64,000 bases of DNA from an uncultured Clostridia bacterium (GTDB lineage Bacteria; Bacillota; Clostridia; TANB77; CAG-508), in NCBI GenBank assembly GCA_934167755.1, contig CAKPLT010000007.1:10010-74009 (forward strand), read 5' to 3'. Made by a program: the position numbers and the translations under genes. This document shows, in pieces, positions 18,456 through 27,654 of the stretch; positions within the stretch are counted from its first letter, which is position 1, and every line of letters begins with the position of its first letter. The notes under the pieces are model-generated. The model searched no databases. It saw only the letters and a list, made by a program, of their open reading frames with translations, and had not been told where the DNA came from.

Positions 18456-20678
18456 TTATATGTTGTTCCGGTTTCCTCCAACAATATTATTACATCCATT
18501 AAACATATATCTTGAATCTGTTACATTTGAAGTAGTCCATCCTGTTTTATTTTCTTCATTATATTCACTTACATATATTGTTTTTAAATTATTACAATAA
18601 GAAAACATATAAAACATAGATTCTACATTTTTGGTATTAAACTTAGTTATATCTAATTGTAGTAATTTTTTGCATTCATAGAACATAAAATTCATATTAT
18701 TTACATCACTTGTATTAAAGTTACTTAAATCTAATTTTTCTAAATTATTACAAAACCTAAACATCTCTCTCATATTGTTTACTTTACTTGTATTAAAATT
18801 ACTTATATCTAGTTTTACTAACTTACTACAACTGTAAAACATTCCCGACATATTTACCACATTACTTGTATTAAAATTACTTAAATCTAATTCGGTTAAT
18901 CCTATACAATTCCAAAACATATTTGCCATATTTGTTACTTGACTAGTATCAAAGCTATTTATATTCAATTCTGTCAATCCTCTGCAATTCTGGAACATTG
19001 CTCCCATATTAGTTACTTGGCTAGTATTAAAATTATCTACATCTAATTTAATTATGCTAGTACAATTATTAAACATATTTTGCATATTGGTTACATTACT
19101 TGTATTAAAATTACTTATATCTAGTTTTACTAACTTACTACAGCTGTAAAACATTCCTGACATATTTACCACATTACTTGTATTAAAATTACTTAAATCT
19201 AATTTGGTTAATCCTATACAGTTCCAAAACATATTTTGCATATTGGTTACATTACTTGTATTAAAATTATTTAAGTTTAGTTCAATTAATTTATTGCATC
19301 CAGTAAACATTCCATTCATACTTGTTACTTGGCTTGTCTCAAAATTACTTATATCTAATTCGGTTAATTCTAAACAATTGAAAAACATATTTGACATATT
19401 TGTCACTTTTTCAGTATTAAAATTATTTGTATTTAATTTCTTTAATTTTTTACACCCAAAAAACATTCCTCCCATATATGTTACTTGGTCTGTTTCAAAG
19501 TTGCCAACATCTAGTTCTGTTAATCCACTACATCCTGAAAACATATTTGCCATATTTGTTACATTACTTGTATCAAAACAACTTACATCTAACTCACTTA
19601 AACTACTGCAGTTAAAAAACATACTTGTCATATTCGTCACTTTACTTGTGTTACATTTGCCTATATTCAATTCTGTTAATCCACTACAATTATAAAACAC
19701 AGCAACCATATTACTTACTTCATTTATATTAAATTGCCTAATGTCTAGTCTGATTAATTTACTGCATCCTGCAAACATATTTGACATACTATATATTCCA
19801 AAGGTTCCAAAATTATCAAAATCTATATTTATAAGATTATTTAAATTTCTAAACAAATGTTGCGCATTTTTATTAGCATAAATAATTTCTCGGCTCACAA
19901 AAGTTAATTCATACAGTCCATTATCATTTTCATCTGTATAATATCCTATTATACTCTCATCTTGTTTTTCTGATGCATCAAATCTCTCTATTATTTTATC
20001 TGAATACTCTGGTTCTCTTCCTTGTTCAAATTTTATTGTTTCTATTTGTTCTCGTGTTATAGAACTAGTTAAATATTTTCCATTCGCAGTTGTTGCTAGC
20101 ACCATCCTATTAGGTTCTGACATTTTAAAATTTAAATATGACTTTAATATTGTATCTTCTGGAACTTTTCCTGTTGTATCTTTATATTTGAATGTTATAT
20201 ATATTTCTTTTGTCTCATTTGGTTCTATTGTTTCTCCTATTTGAAATCCTTCTTGTGTTATTTCAAATATTATATTTGCATTATCATAGAAATCATCATC
20301 ATACACTACTCCTACAAATGGTACTAGTTCTGTTGAATTATTGTGTACTGTTACTTTATATTTTATTTCTGATAATAGATTTTCTTTTGATAATTCTATT
20401 GTGCTATTCATCATTGTTCCTAGAAAATTATTTACTTTCGAACTTACCTTGTTTGCATCCACATCACTCACATATTCTACATCTGTTATAAATATTCCGT
20501 TTTGTGCTTCTGCTATTACTTCTCCTTCTATTTCTCCTGTTACTGATTCTATTGCTGAATATCCTATTCCCATTATCACTATTGCTATTGTTAATATTAA
20601 TAACAATAGCATATTTTTACTTATTCTTCTTTTCGTAAATGTCCCCGTGTGTGTGTGTGTGTGTGTGTACAGCCTCAA
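18456..20678 (-). CDS. BspA-type leucine-rich-repeat surface protein (DUF285/PARCEL-like repeats), paralog 1; apparently phase-OFF and 3'-truncated
   Basis: About 17 tandem ~24-aa repeats (NMxxMFxxCxxLxxLDxSNFNTSxVT) follow a signal anchor (KRRISKNMLLLLILTIAIVIMG). The RBS-proximal ATG at 20703 is out of frame because of the (AC)11 tract, so the track ORF starts at a TTG. The C-terminal 36 codons are displaced by a 1-nt indel. Confidence 0.8.
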   Translation of the reverse strand: MRLYTHTHTHTGTFTKRRISKNMLLLLILTIAIVIMGIGYSAIESVTGEIEGEVIAEAQNGIFITDVEYVSDVDANKVSSKVNNFLGTMMNSTIELSKENLLSEIKYKVTVHNNSTELVPFVGVVYDDDFYDNANIIFEITQEGFQIGETIEPNETKEIYITFKYKDTTGKVPEDTILKSYLNFKMSEPNRMVLATTANGKYLTSSITREQIETIKFEQGREPEYSDKIIERFDASEKQDESIIGYYTDENDNGLYELTFVSREIIYANKNAQHLFRNLNNLINIDFDNFGTFGIYSMSNMFAGCSKLIRLDIRQFNINEVSNMVAVFYNCSGLTELNIGKCNTSKVTNMTSMFFNCSSLSELDVSCFDTSNVTNMANMFSGCSGLTELDVGNFETDQVTYMGGMFFGCKKLKKLNTNNFNTEKVTNMSNMFFNCLELTELDISNFETSQVTSMNGMFTGCNKLIELNLNNFNTSNVTNMQNMFWNCIGLTKLDLSNFNTSNVVNMSGMFYSCSKLVKLDISNFNTSNVTNMQNMFNNCTSIIKLDVDNFNTSQVTNMGAMFQNCRGLTELNINSFDTSQVTNMANMFWNCIGLTELDLSNFNTSNVVNMSGMFYSCSKLVKLDISNFNTSKVNNMREMFRFCNNLEKLDLSNFNTSDVNNMNFMFYECKKLLQLDITKFNTKNVESMFYMFSYCNNLKTIYVSEYNEENKTGWTTSNVTDSRYMFNGCNNIVGGNRNNI
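20647..20668. repeat. (GT)11 / (AC)11 dinucleotide tract inside the 5' coding region of BspA paralog 1
   Basis: 22 nt counted directly (gtgtgtgtgtgtgtgtgtgtgt). It encodes the HTHTHT stretch. Confidence 0.95.
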
Positions 20679-20722
20679 GGCTTTCAGGTCTCCATTTGTT
20701 CATATTGTATTTCCTCTCTTAT

Positions 20723-22432
20723 TTATATTTCTTCTGTCTCTATTTTGTCTTTTATTACCACTACTGTATAACACTTTAATTTTGGTATCATTTTTATTTC
20801 TTCTGCTTGTCTATATCTTTCTATTTGGTCTTTTGCTTCTTGTTGTTTTTGTTTTAATATTTCTTGATTTTTGTCGTAATCTTCCTGTTTTATGTATTTA
20901 AATTCTAGTAGTATTCCATACCTTTCTTGCATCTTTTCTCTTGGTACTAACAATATGTCTGCATATTCTCCTCCTACTTCTAGTTCTGATTTTACATATA
21001 CTGCTCCTAGCATTCTACAAATAGAATAAAATATTACCTTTATATATTTTTCATCAAATCTTTGATAATCTCTGTTTGATAAGTTTTTTAAAAATGTTCC
21101 TAACACTTCCATTGCTTTGTCTATTTTTCCATGTATCAAAATTTCTTCACATATTTTTTCTGTATCAATTGTATCTGTTACTATGTTCGCTTTTTTGCTA
21201 ATATAGTGTAAAAAATACTCACTATATATTCTTCTTATTACATCATTTGGTATTTTAAAACTACATTTACTAAATCCTTTTTTCACTATTGTTAGATATC
21301 CCAAATAAAACAATAATGACACTAATTCCTTTTCTCCAAAACTTATTTCTGCATTAAATTTTTCTGTTAATTCACTTTCTATTGGGTCTTCTGCAACTAT
21401 TTTTTCTAATAATTCTATTTTATTCATACTTTGACACAGATTCATAAATGCTTCTATTTTTGTGTAATCACTTATTATATTTGTGTCTACCAATTTTTTG
21501 GGATTTTCTTTTAGCCTACAATATTCATTTAAATAATATAATGTCATATTAGAATTATATAGTTTATATTCATTTAATTTTTCGTTTTCTATCTCGTCTG
21601 AAAATATATATCCATCATAATTTTCTTTAATAATAGGTAATAATTCTTCTTGCTTTTCTTCTGTTATTTCTAATTCTGTCATTATATATTTTACATCATT
21701 TCCGCAGAATCCTAACATATCGTTAAATTCTATATTTTTTGTTGTATCATTCGCTATATTAAATCCACTTGTTGTGCTATCTAATGTTACTGGCGCTACT
21801 CCTGTTATGAATATTCTATCTACTACTGATTCTGTTCCTTTTTTTAATATTTCATACCATTTTCTTATTTTTCCATTTTTTGATACTAAATTCTTAAATT
21901 CATTAGTTCTAAATCCTAGTAATTCATTTGCAAAATGATCATATTCATCTATTATTACATAGATTTTTTCATTTGGTTTTTGTATATAAAATGCTGTATA
22001 TAAACTATTTAAAATTTCTTCTGCCTCTTGTTCTTCGTTTATATAAAAATCTATTTCATATCTTGACACAAATATTTTTATTGATTCTATTGTGCTGTTT
22101 TTAAATCCTTGCATCGCTCCATCTACTGTATTTGTATTTATTCCTGAAAAGTTAAATCTTAATATACAATATCTATTTTTATTTTCTGTTGGATTTTTTC
22201 CTATATATGTTTTTCCAAATAGTTCTTCAAATTTGTCTATTTTATTTTTATCGTAATAACATTCTAATGTACTTGTGAATAATGTTTTTCCAAATTTTCT
22301 TGGTCTTAAAAACATTATAGTATTATCTGCTAAATTTTCTAATTTTTCTATATACATTGTTTTGTCTACATATACTCTGTTTTCTCTTACTATTTGTTCA
22401 TAATTGCTTATTCCGTTTGGTAATTTTCTCAT
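20723..22432 (-). CDS. AAA-ATPase-like / PD-(D/E)XK nuclease family protein (AAA-35 N-terminal plus DUF1703/PDDEXK_9-like C-terminal)
   Basis: Family-typical N-terminus (MRKLPNGISNYEQIVRENRVYVDKTMYIEKL...FLRPRKFGKTLF) and a C-terminal nuclease-like core (GGEYADILLVPRE...GILLEFKYIK). The start is taken at 22432 (RBS AAAGAGG). Confidence 0.75.
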   Translation of the reverse strand: MRKLPNGISNYEQIVRENRVYVDKTMYIEKLENLADNTIMFLRPRKFGKTLFTSTLECYYDKNKIDKFEELFGKTYIGKNPTENKNRYCILRFNFSGINTNTVDGAMQGFKNSTIESIKIFVSRYEIDFYINEEQEAEEILNSLYTAFYIQKPNEKIYVIIDEYDHFANELLGFRTNEFKNLVSKNGKIRKWYEILKKGTESVVDRIFITGVAPVTLDSTTSGFNIANDTTKNIEFNDMLGFCGNDVKYIMTELEITEEKQEELLPIIKENYDGYIFSDEIENEKLNEYKLYNSNMTLYYLNEYCRLKENPKKLVDTNIISDYTKIEAFMNLCQSMNKIELLEKIVAEDPIESELTEKFNAEISFGEKELVSLLFYLGYLTIVKKGFSKCSFKIPNDVIRRIYSEYFLHYISKKANIVTDTIDTEKICEEILIHGKIDKAMEVLGTFLKNLSNRDYQRFDEKYIKVIFYSICRMLGAVYVKSELEVGGEYADILLVPREKMQERYGILLEFKYIKQEDYDKNQEILKQKQQEAKDQIERYRQAEEIKMIPKLKCYTVVVIKDKIETEEI

Positions 22433-22598
22433 TTCTTTTACCTCTTTTCTTTGTGCTTTCACTCATTCTATTTTTTGCACTTTTTTACTTGATTTTATTT
22501 TACTATATCACCCATTAAAATGCAATAATAGTTGAGCTTGTTTTTACATTTTTCTGTTAATGTATTTTCTTTACTCAACTATTATTTTTCGTGTATTA

Positions 22599-24813
22599 TT
22601 ATTGCTCTGCATCTGTAGGCTTGTCTTTTATGTTCGTAAAATATCCTGGTGTTTCTTCTGTATCTATTCGTGCATATGTTGCATCAATATTGTTCGAATT
22701 ATATGTTGTGCCATTACCTCCTGTAATGACTTGACAACCAGCAAACATATTTGTTGAACTTGTTACATTTGAAGTAGTCCATCCTGTTTTATTCTCTTCA
22801 TTATATTCACTTACATATATTGTTTTTAATTTTCGATTTCCATTGAACATATATGACATATTATTTACTTTATTAGTGTTGAAACCACTTATGTCTAGTT
22901 CTGTTAATTCTCCACAACTTGTAAACATTTGGTCCATTGTAGTCACTTCATTTGTATTAAATTTACCTATATTAAGTTTTCTTAACGAAGCACAATTATA
23001 AAACATACATCTCATATTTGTTACTTGACTAGTATCAAAGCTATTTATATTCAATTCTGTCAATCTTCTGCAATTCTGGAACATTGCTCCCATATTAGTT
23101 ACTTGGCTAGTATCAAAACTATTTATATTTAATTCTATCAATCCACTGCAATTAAAAAACATTTGTGCTATATTTGTTACATTTCCTGTGTCAAAATTAC
23201 TTATATCTAATTTTGTTAATCCTATACAGTTCCAAAACATATTTTGCATATTGGTTACTTCACTTGTATCCCATGAGCCCAAATCTAATACCATTAATTC
23301 TTTGCAAGAGCGAAATATTTCTTGCATATTAGTTACTTTACTTGTATTAAATCCACTTACATCTAAATCCTTTAATGATGTGCAATCACAAAATAAGTTG
23401 TATAGACTAGTAACCTTGCTCGTATCCCATCTACTTACATCTAGCTTTGTTAGTTTGCTACAGTTACAAAACATATTTGATATATCTGTTGCTTGTGACA
23501 CATCCCAATTTGATATGTCTAATTTTTCTAAACTACTACATCCTTGAAATGTTCCTCCATAACCCCATCCTGTATGTCCACATATTGTTACTTTGCTTGT
23601 ATCAAAATTGCTTACATTTAATTCTACTAAATTACTACAATCTTGAAATGTTCCAAAAAGATTTGTAACATTACTTGTATTCCAGTTGCTTACATTTAGT
23701 TCTGTAAGCCCGTCTCCACCCAGCAAACATATTTGATATGTTTGTTACTTTACTTATATCAAATTTACTCACATCTAATTTTGTTAGATTACTACAATTA
23801 TTAAACATAGCTGACATATTTGTTACCTGGCTTGTATCAAATCTCATTAAATATAATTGTTTCAAACTTTTGCTACTATTAAACATCGCCAACATATTTT
23901 CAGTACCAAGTGTACTAAAATTATCGAACTCTATACTTATAGCATTTGTTAAATATCTAAACAAATATTTTGCATCCCTATTAGCATAAATAATTTCCTG
24001 GCTCACAAAAGTTAATTCATACAGTCCATTGCCATCTTCATCCGTATAGTATCCTATTATACTTTCATCTTGTTTCTCTGATGCATCAAATCTTTCCACT
24101 ATTTTATCTGAATATTCAGGTTCTTTTCCCTGCTCAAACCTTATAGATTCAATTTGATTTTTAGCTATAGTGCTTGTTAAATATTTTCCTTTTTCATCTA
24201 CACTTGATGCTAGCACCATCCTATTAGGTTCTGACATTTTAAAATTTAAATATGACTTTAATATTGTATCTTCTGGAACTTTTCCTGTTGTATCTTTATA
24301 TTTGAATGTTATATATATTTCTTTTGTCTCATTTGGTTCTATTGTTTCTCCTATTTGAAATCCTTCTTGTGTTATTTCAAATATTATATTTGCATTATCA
24401 TAGAAATCATCATCATACACTACTCCTACAAATGGTACTAGTTCTGTTGAATTATTGTGTACTGTTACTTTATATTTTATTTCTGATAATAGATTTTCTT
24501 TTGATAATTCTATTGTGCTATTCATCATTGTTCCTAGAAAATTATTTACTTTCGAACTTACCTTGTTTGCATCCACATCACTCACATATTCTACATCTGT
24601 TATAAATATTCCGTTTTGTGCTTCTGCTATTACTTCTCCTTCTATTTCTCCTGTTACTGATTCTATTGCTGAATATCCTATTCCCATTATCACTATTGCT
24701 ATTGTTAATATTAATAACAATAGCATATTTTTACTTATTCTTCTTTTCGTAAATGTCCCCGTGTGTGTGTGTGTGTGTACAGCCCCAAGGCTTTCAGGTT
24801 TCCATTTTTCCAT
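22599..24813 (-). pseudogene. BspA-type LRR surface protein, paralog 2, split by a 1-nt frameshift near 23712-23716
   Basis: Track ORFs 23671..24813 and 22599..23726 are two halves of one gene. The junction reads NMFAG|W.. where the repeat consensus expects NMFAGCGDGLTELN, and inserting one nt (TG-GGA to TGTGGA) restores it. The 5' ATG at 24813 is in frame through (AC)9. Confidence 0.8.
24761..24778. repeat. (GT)9 / (AC)9 dinucleotide tract inside the 5' coding region of BspA paralog 2
   Basis: 18 nt counted directly. The flanks are identical to those of the 20647 tract. Confidence 0.95.
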
Positions 24814-24863
24814 ATTATGTTTTTCCTCTTTCTTTACTTATTGTTTAGAGTAAAAAGTATATA

Positions 24864-25343
24864 TTAATTGTTATCTATAAAATCCTGTACAATGCTTATA
24901 ATTTTTCCTGTATTTTGAATATACTTTTTAGGTTGAAAGGACTCGACTTTTTGTATTGCCTCGCCTAATCGTGAAACATCTGTAACACCAATAATGTATC
25001 CCATTTTATCAAAAGACTGTACAATATCAGTCTGATGATCATTTACATGTTCTCCATATTGTTTTAGTCTAGGCACTGCAATTACTTTTTTTCTTTTCTC
25101 TATTGAGCCAATTATAGAACCAACTCCTCCATGTGTTATTATAAAACTAGCTTGTTTTTCTAATTTTTCTAACTCATCATTTGAAATAAAATCGATTATC
25201 TTTATATTTGTAGATTCATATTTAGTATAACCAGCCTGTACTATCACTTCTTCTTTAATTTGACCGTCTTTAATTAACTTATCAATCTCTTCTAATAATC
25301 TATGGAAACTATTATTCTGTGTTCCTAACATAACTAGTATCAT
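24864..25343 (-). CDS. PssE/Cps14G-like glycosyltransferase subunit (Alg13-like, Glyco_tran_28_C)
   Basis: 159-aa ORF with MILVMLGTQNNSFHRLL...ITHGGVGSI...VPRLKQYGEHVNDHQ, typical of the catalytic half of split Alg13/Alg14-type transferases. Confidence 0.75.
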   Translation of the reverse strand: MILVMLGTQNNSFHRLLEEIDKLIKDGQIKEEVIVQAGYTKYESTNIKIIDFISNDELEKLEKQASFIITHGGVGSIIGSIEKRKKVIAVPRLKQYGEHVNDHQTDIVQSFDKMGYIIGVTDVSRLGEAIQKVESFQPKKYIQNTGKIISIVQDFIDNN

Positions 25344-25819
25344 TAGTATATCGCACCTCCATATACTGCATTTGGATAAATTTTAAGCATTTCTTCCCAT
25401 TGTACAATAAATAAATCTGCAATTGGATATATTAATCTTCCTGTTGCGGTTTTTCTGTTTCTATTTGCAAATGTTTCTATATATATTATTTTACTTCCAA
25501 ATATTTTTCCAAGATAGCACATAGGTCCTGCAGTATGTGTACCTGTTGTAACTATGTATTTAGGTCTTATTTTAAAATATAAATATATAGTTTTTAAACA
25601 CAAATAAAAATATACAAAAATATATCTAAATATTTTTTTTCTTGTTCCATATGGTAAATATGAAATTCTTTCACCATATTTTTCTTTTGCACTTTTGGTT
25701 GCATTATCTTTTTCTGTTATTATATGATAATCGTATTTTTCAAATAACGGACTTAGTTGTTGTAATTCATTAAAATGTCCACCAGTACTTGATATAAATA
25801 ATACTTTTTTCTTGTTCAC
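25343..25819 (-). CDS. PssD/Cps14F-like glycosyltransferase subunit (Alg14-like membrane-anchoring half)
   Basis: 158-aa ORF (VLFISSTGGHFNELQQL...TTGTHTAGP...IYIETFAN) whose stop overlaps the start of the Alg13-like gene. Confidence 0.75.
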   Translation of the reverse strand: MNKKKVLFISSTGGHFNELQQLSPLFEKYDYHIITEKDNATKSAKEKYGERISYLPYGTRKKIFRYIFVYFYLCLKTIYLYFKIRPKYIVTTGTHTAGPMCYLGKIFGSKIIYIETFANRNRKTATGRLIYPIADLFIVQWEEMLKIYPNAVYGGAIY

Positions 25820-25938
25820 TTTTTTCTCCTATTTTTATATTATAGTGTTATTTTACTATACCATTTGTTAAATTGCAATAAAAGAAGAACAAATAAGAAA
25901 AATTTTCAATTTTTCTTTAATTTGTTCTCTTCATTCTT

Positions 25939-26820
25939 TTATGCTCTTGGATGAGCTTTTTTATAAATATTTTTTAAAGATTCGTCTTGAAATTGCATAT
26001 ATACTTGTGTTGATAAAATATCTGAATGTCCAAGCATTGTTTGAATTGATTTTAAATCTGCTCCATTTTGTAATAAATGTGTTGCAAATGAATGTCTTAA
26101 AACATGTGGTGTTATATCTTTTTCTATATGAGCTTGTTCTTTATAATATTTGATAATTTTCCAAAAACCTTGTCTTGTTAAACGATCTCCATTTACATTT
26201 ACAAATAATGCTTTTTCGTTTTCATCTTTTAACATTGTATTTCTCGCATTAACCATATAGTCTTTTAAAGCTTTTAAAGACATATTTCCAATTGGAACTG
26301 TTCTTTCTTTTTTCCCATTTCTACATATTGCATATCCTGTTTCTAAATTTATATCATCTACATTTAGTGAAATGATTTCTGTAACTCTCATTCCTGTCGC
26401 ATATGCAAATTCAAGCATTGCTTTATCTCTTGTTCCCTTTAAATTTACATTTTTAGGTTGGTCAAGCAATAATGCAACTTCATTTGATGTTAATACGCTT
26501 GGTACTCTTTTTTCTATTTTAGGTGATTGAATTCCATCTGTTGGGTCGCTATTAATTGTTTTATTTTTTGTTTCATATTGATAAAATGACCTTATTGATG
26601 CTAACCCTCTTGAAATTGTTGATGGCTTTTTTCCTATTTCTTGCATATGATTTATATATGTTTTTATTCCTTCATCTGTTAATTCAGTATATTTTTCTTC
26701 ATTATCTTGTAAGTATTTTTCAAATTGCTTTAAATCTCTTTTATATGATTGAAGTGTATTTACAGACACTTTCTTTTCATTCTCTAAAAATCCAAAAAAT
26801 AAGTTTAATTGTTCTTCCAT
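25939..26820 (-). CDS. xerD: tyrosine recombinase XerD/XerC family
   Basis: SAM-like N-terminal domain and a catalytic C-terminus (ATGMRVTE...HVLRHSFATHLLQNGADLKSIQTMLGHSDILSTQVY). ATG at 26820 follows RBS AGGTGGGGG. Confidence 0.8.
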   Translation of the reverse strand: MEEQLNLFFGFLENEKKVSVNTLQSYKRDLKQFEKYLQDNEEKYTELTDEGIKTYINHMQEIGKKPSTISRGLASIRSFYQYETKNKTINSDPTDGIQSPKIEKRVPSVLTSNEVALLLDQPKNVNLKGTRDKAMLEFAYATGMRVTEIISLNVDDINLETGYAICRNGKKERTVPIGNMSLKALKDYMVNARNTMLKDENEKALFVNVNGDRLTRQGFWKIIKYYKEQAHIEKDITPHVLRHSFATHLLQNGADLKSIQTMLGHSDILSTQVYMQFQDESLKNIYKKAHPRA

Positions 26821-26929
26821 TTTTTCCCCCACCTATGATTATTTTTTTATATTATTTATTTTACATAACTGATATACTCTTATGTTATATCAAATTTTTT
26901 ATAAAAAGTAAATAGATTTTACATATTTT

Positions 26930-27565
26930 TTAAAAATATTTAATTAAGTTAACTATTAGCCTATATGAAATTTCAATTTTTATTATTGAAGTTAATATCA
27001 ATATTACCATAATTATAAAAGATATTATACTATGTTTTAATATCGAAAGTTTAATATTTTCTCGTCTTCTATCTTTTACTATTGATGTGTATAATTTAAT
27101 GCTACTTACCCCTAGTACCATTAATGCTGGTATAAATATTATATTTTGTAAAAAAATAGTTATAATAATAAATATTATTCCTTTCATTTTTCCAAGTACA
27201 TAAACACAAGATGCAATTGTATATCCTAAACAAAAACCTCTAAATAATATTATTCCAAGTACTATTGGTATTCCAATTATAGTTGTACCTGCAAACCATA
27301 ATAAGAATACCAGTATTATATTACTTTTGATATCTTTTTGTAGTTCACCTAAATAATCACCGTTTTGAAGTGCCTTAGTTTCGTCTACATATGTATTTAT
27401 GTATTTTTCTATTTCACTTTTATTTTCTGTTTGATTTATAAACATTACACCTAAAAATATACCAACAGTAAATATGATTATTACTATAAAATAAGATTTT
27501 GTATTATTTAATATGTTTTCTTTTATAGCTAATAAAATTTCACTTTTCTTCTTTTGCATATACAA
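26930..27565 (-). CDS. spoIIM: stage II sporulation protein M
   Basis: 211-aa ORF with five TMs. Its size, topology and position next to xerD are as in other Clostridia/Bacilli. The N-terminal region (IKENILNNTKSYFIVIIIFTVGIFLG) is SpoIIM-like. Confidence 0.65.
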   Translation of the reverse strand: MYMQKKKSEILLAIKENILNNTKSYFIVIIIFTVGIFLGVMFINQTENKSEIEKYINTYVDETKALQNGDYLGELQKDIKSNIILVFLLWFAGTTIIGIPIVLGIILFRGFCLGYTIASCVYVLGKMKGIIFIIITIFLQNIIFIPALMVLGVSSIKLYTSIVKDRRRENIKLSILKHSIISFIIMVILILTSIIKIEISYRLIVNLIKYF

Positions 27566-27654
27566 TTCTCTCCTTATTAAACAGACTATTTATACATAAT
27601 GTCTATTCAATAAAGATTATTTTAGAACTTTTGCATATTAAATTTTGCTCTTTA

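Noticed and set aside
20600-20680. His-Thr repeat (HTHTHT) as a functional metal-binding motif in the BspA N-termini
   Set aside because: It is simply the translation of the (AC)n tract located in the cytoplasmic n-region of the signal peptide. Its length differs between paralogs, consistent with an SSR rather than a selected peptide motif.
25939-26820. Tyrosine recombinase as a marker of a prophage or integrative element next to the BspA island
   Set aside because: The full XerC/XerD-type sequence sits next to spoIIM, a common chromosomal arrangement in endospore formers. There are no att-like direct repeats, and no phage or conjugation genes nearby.
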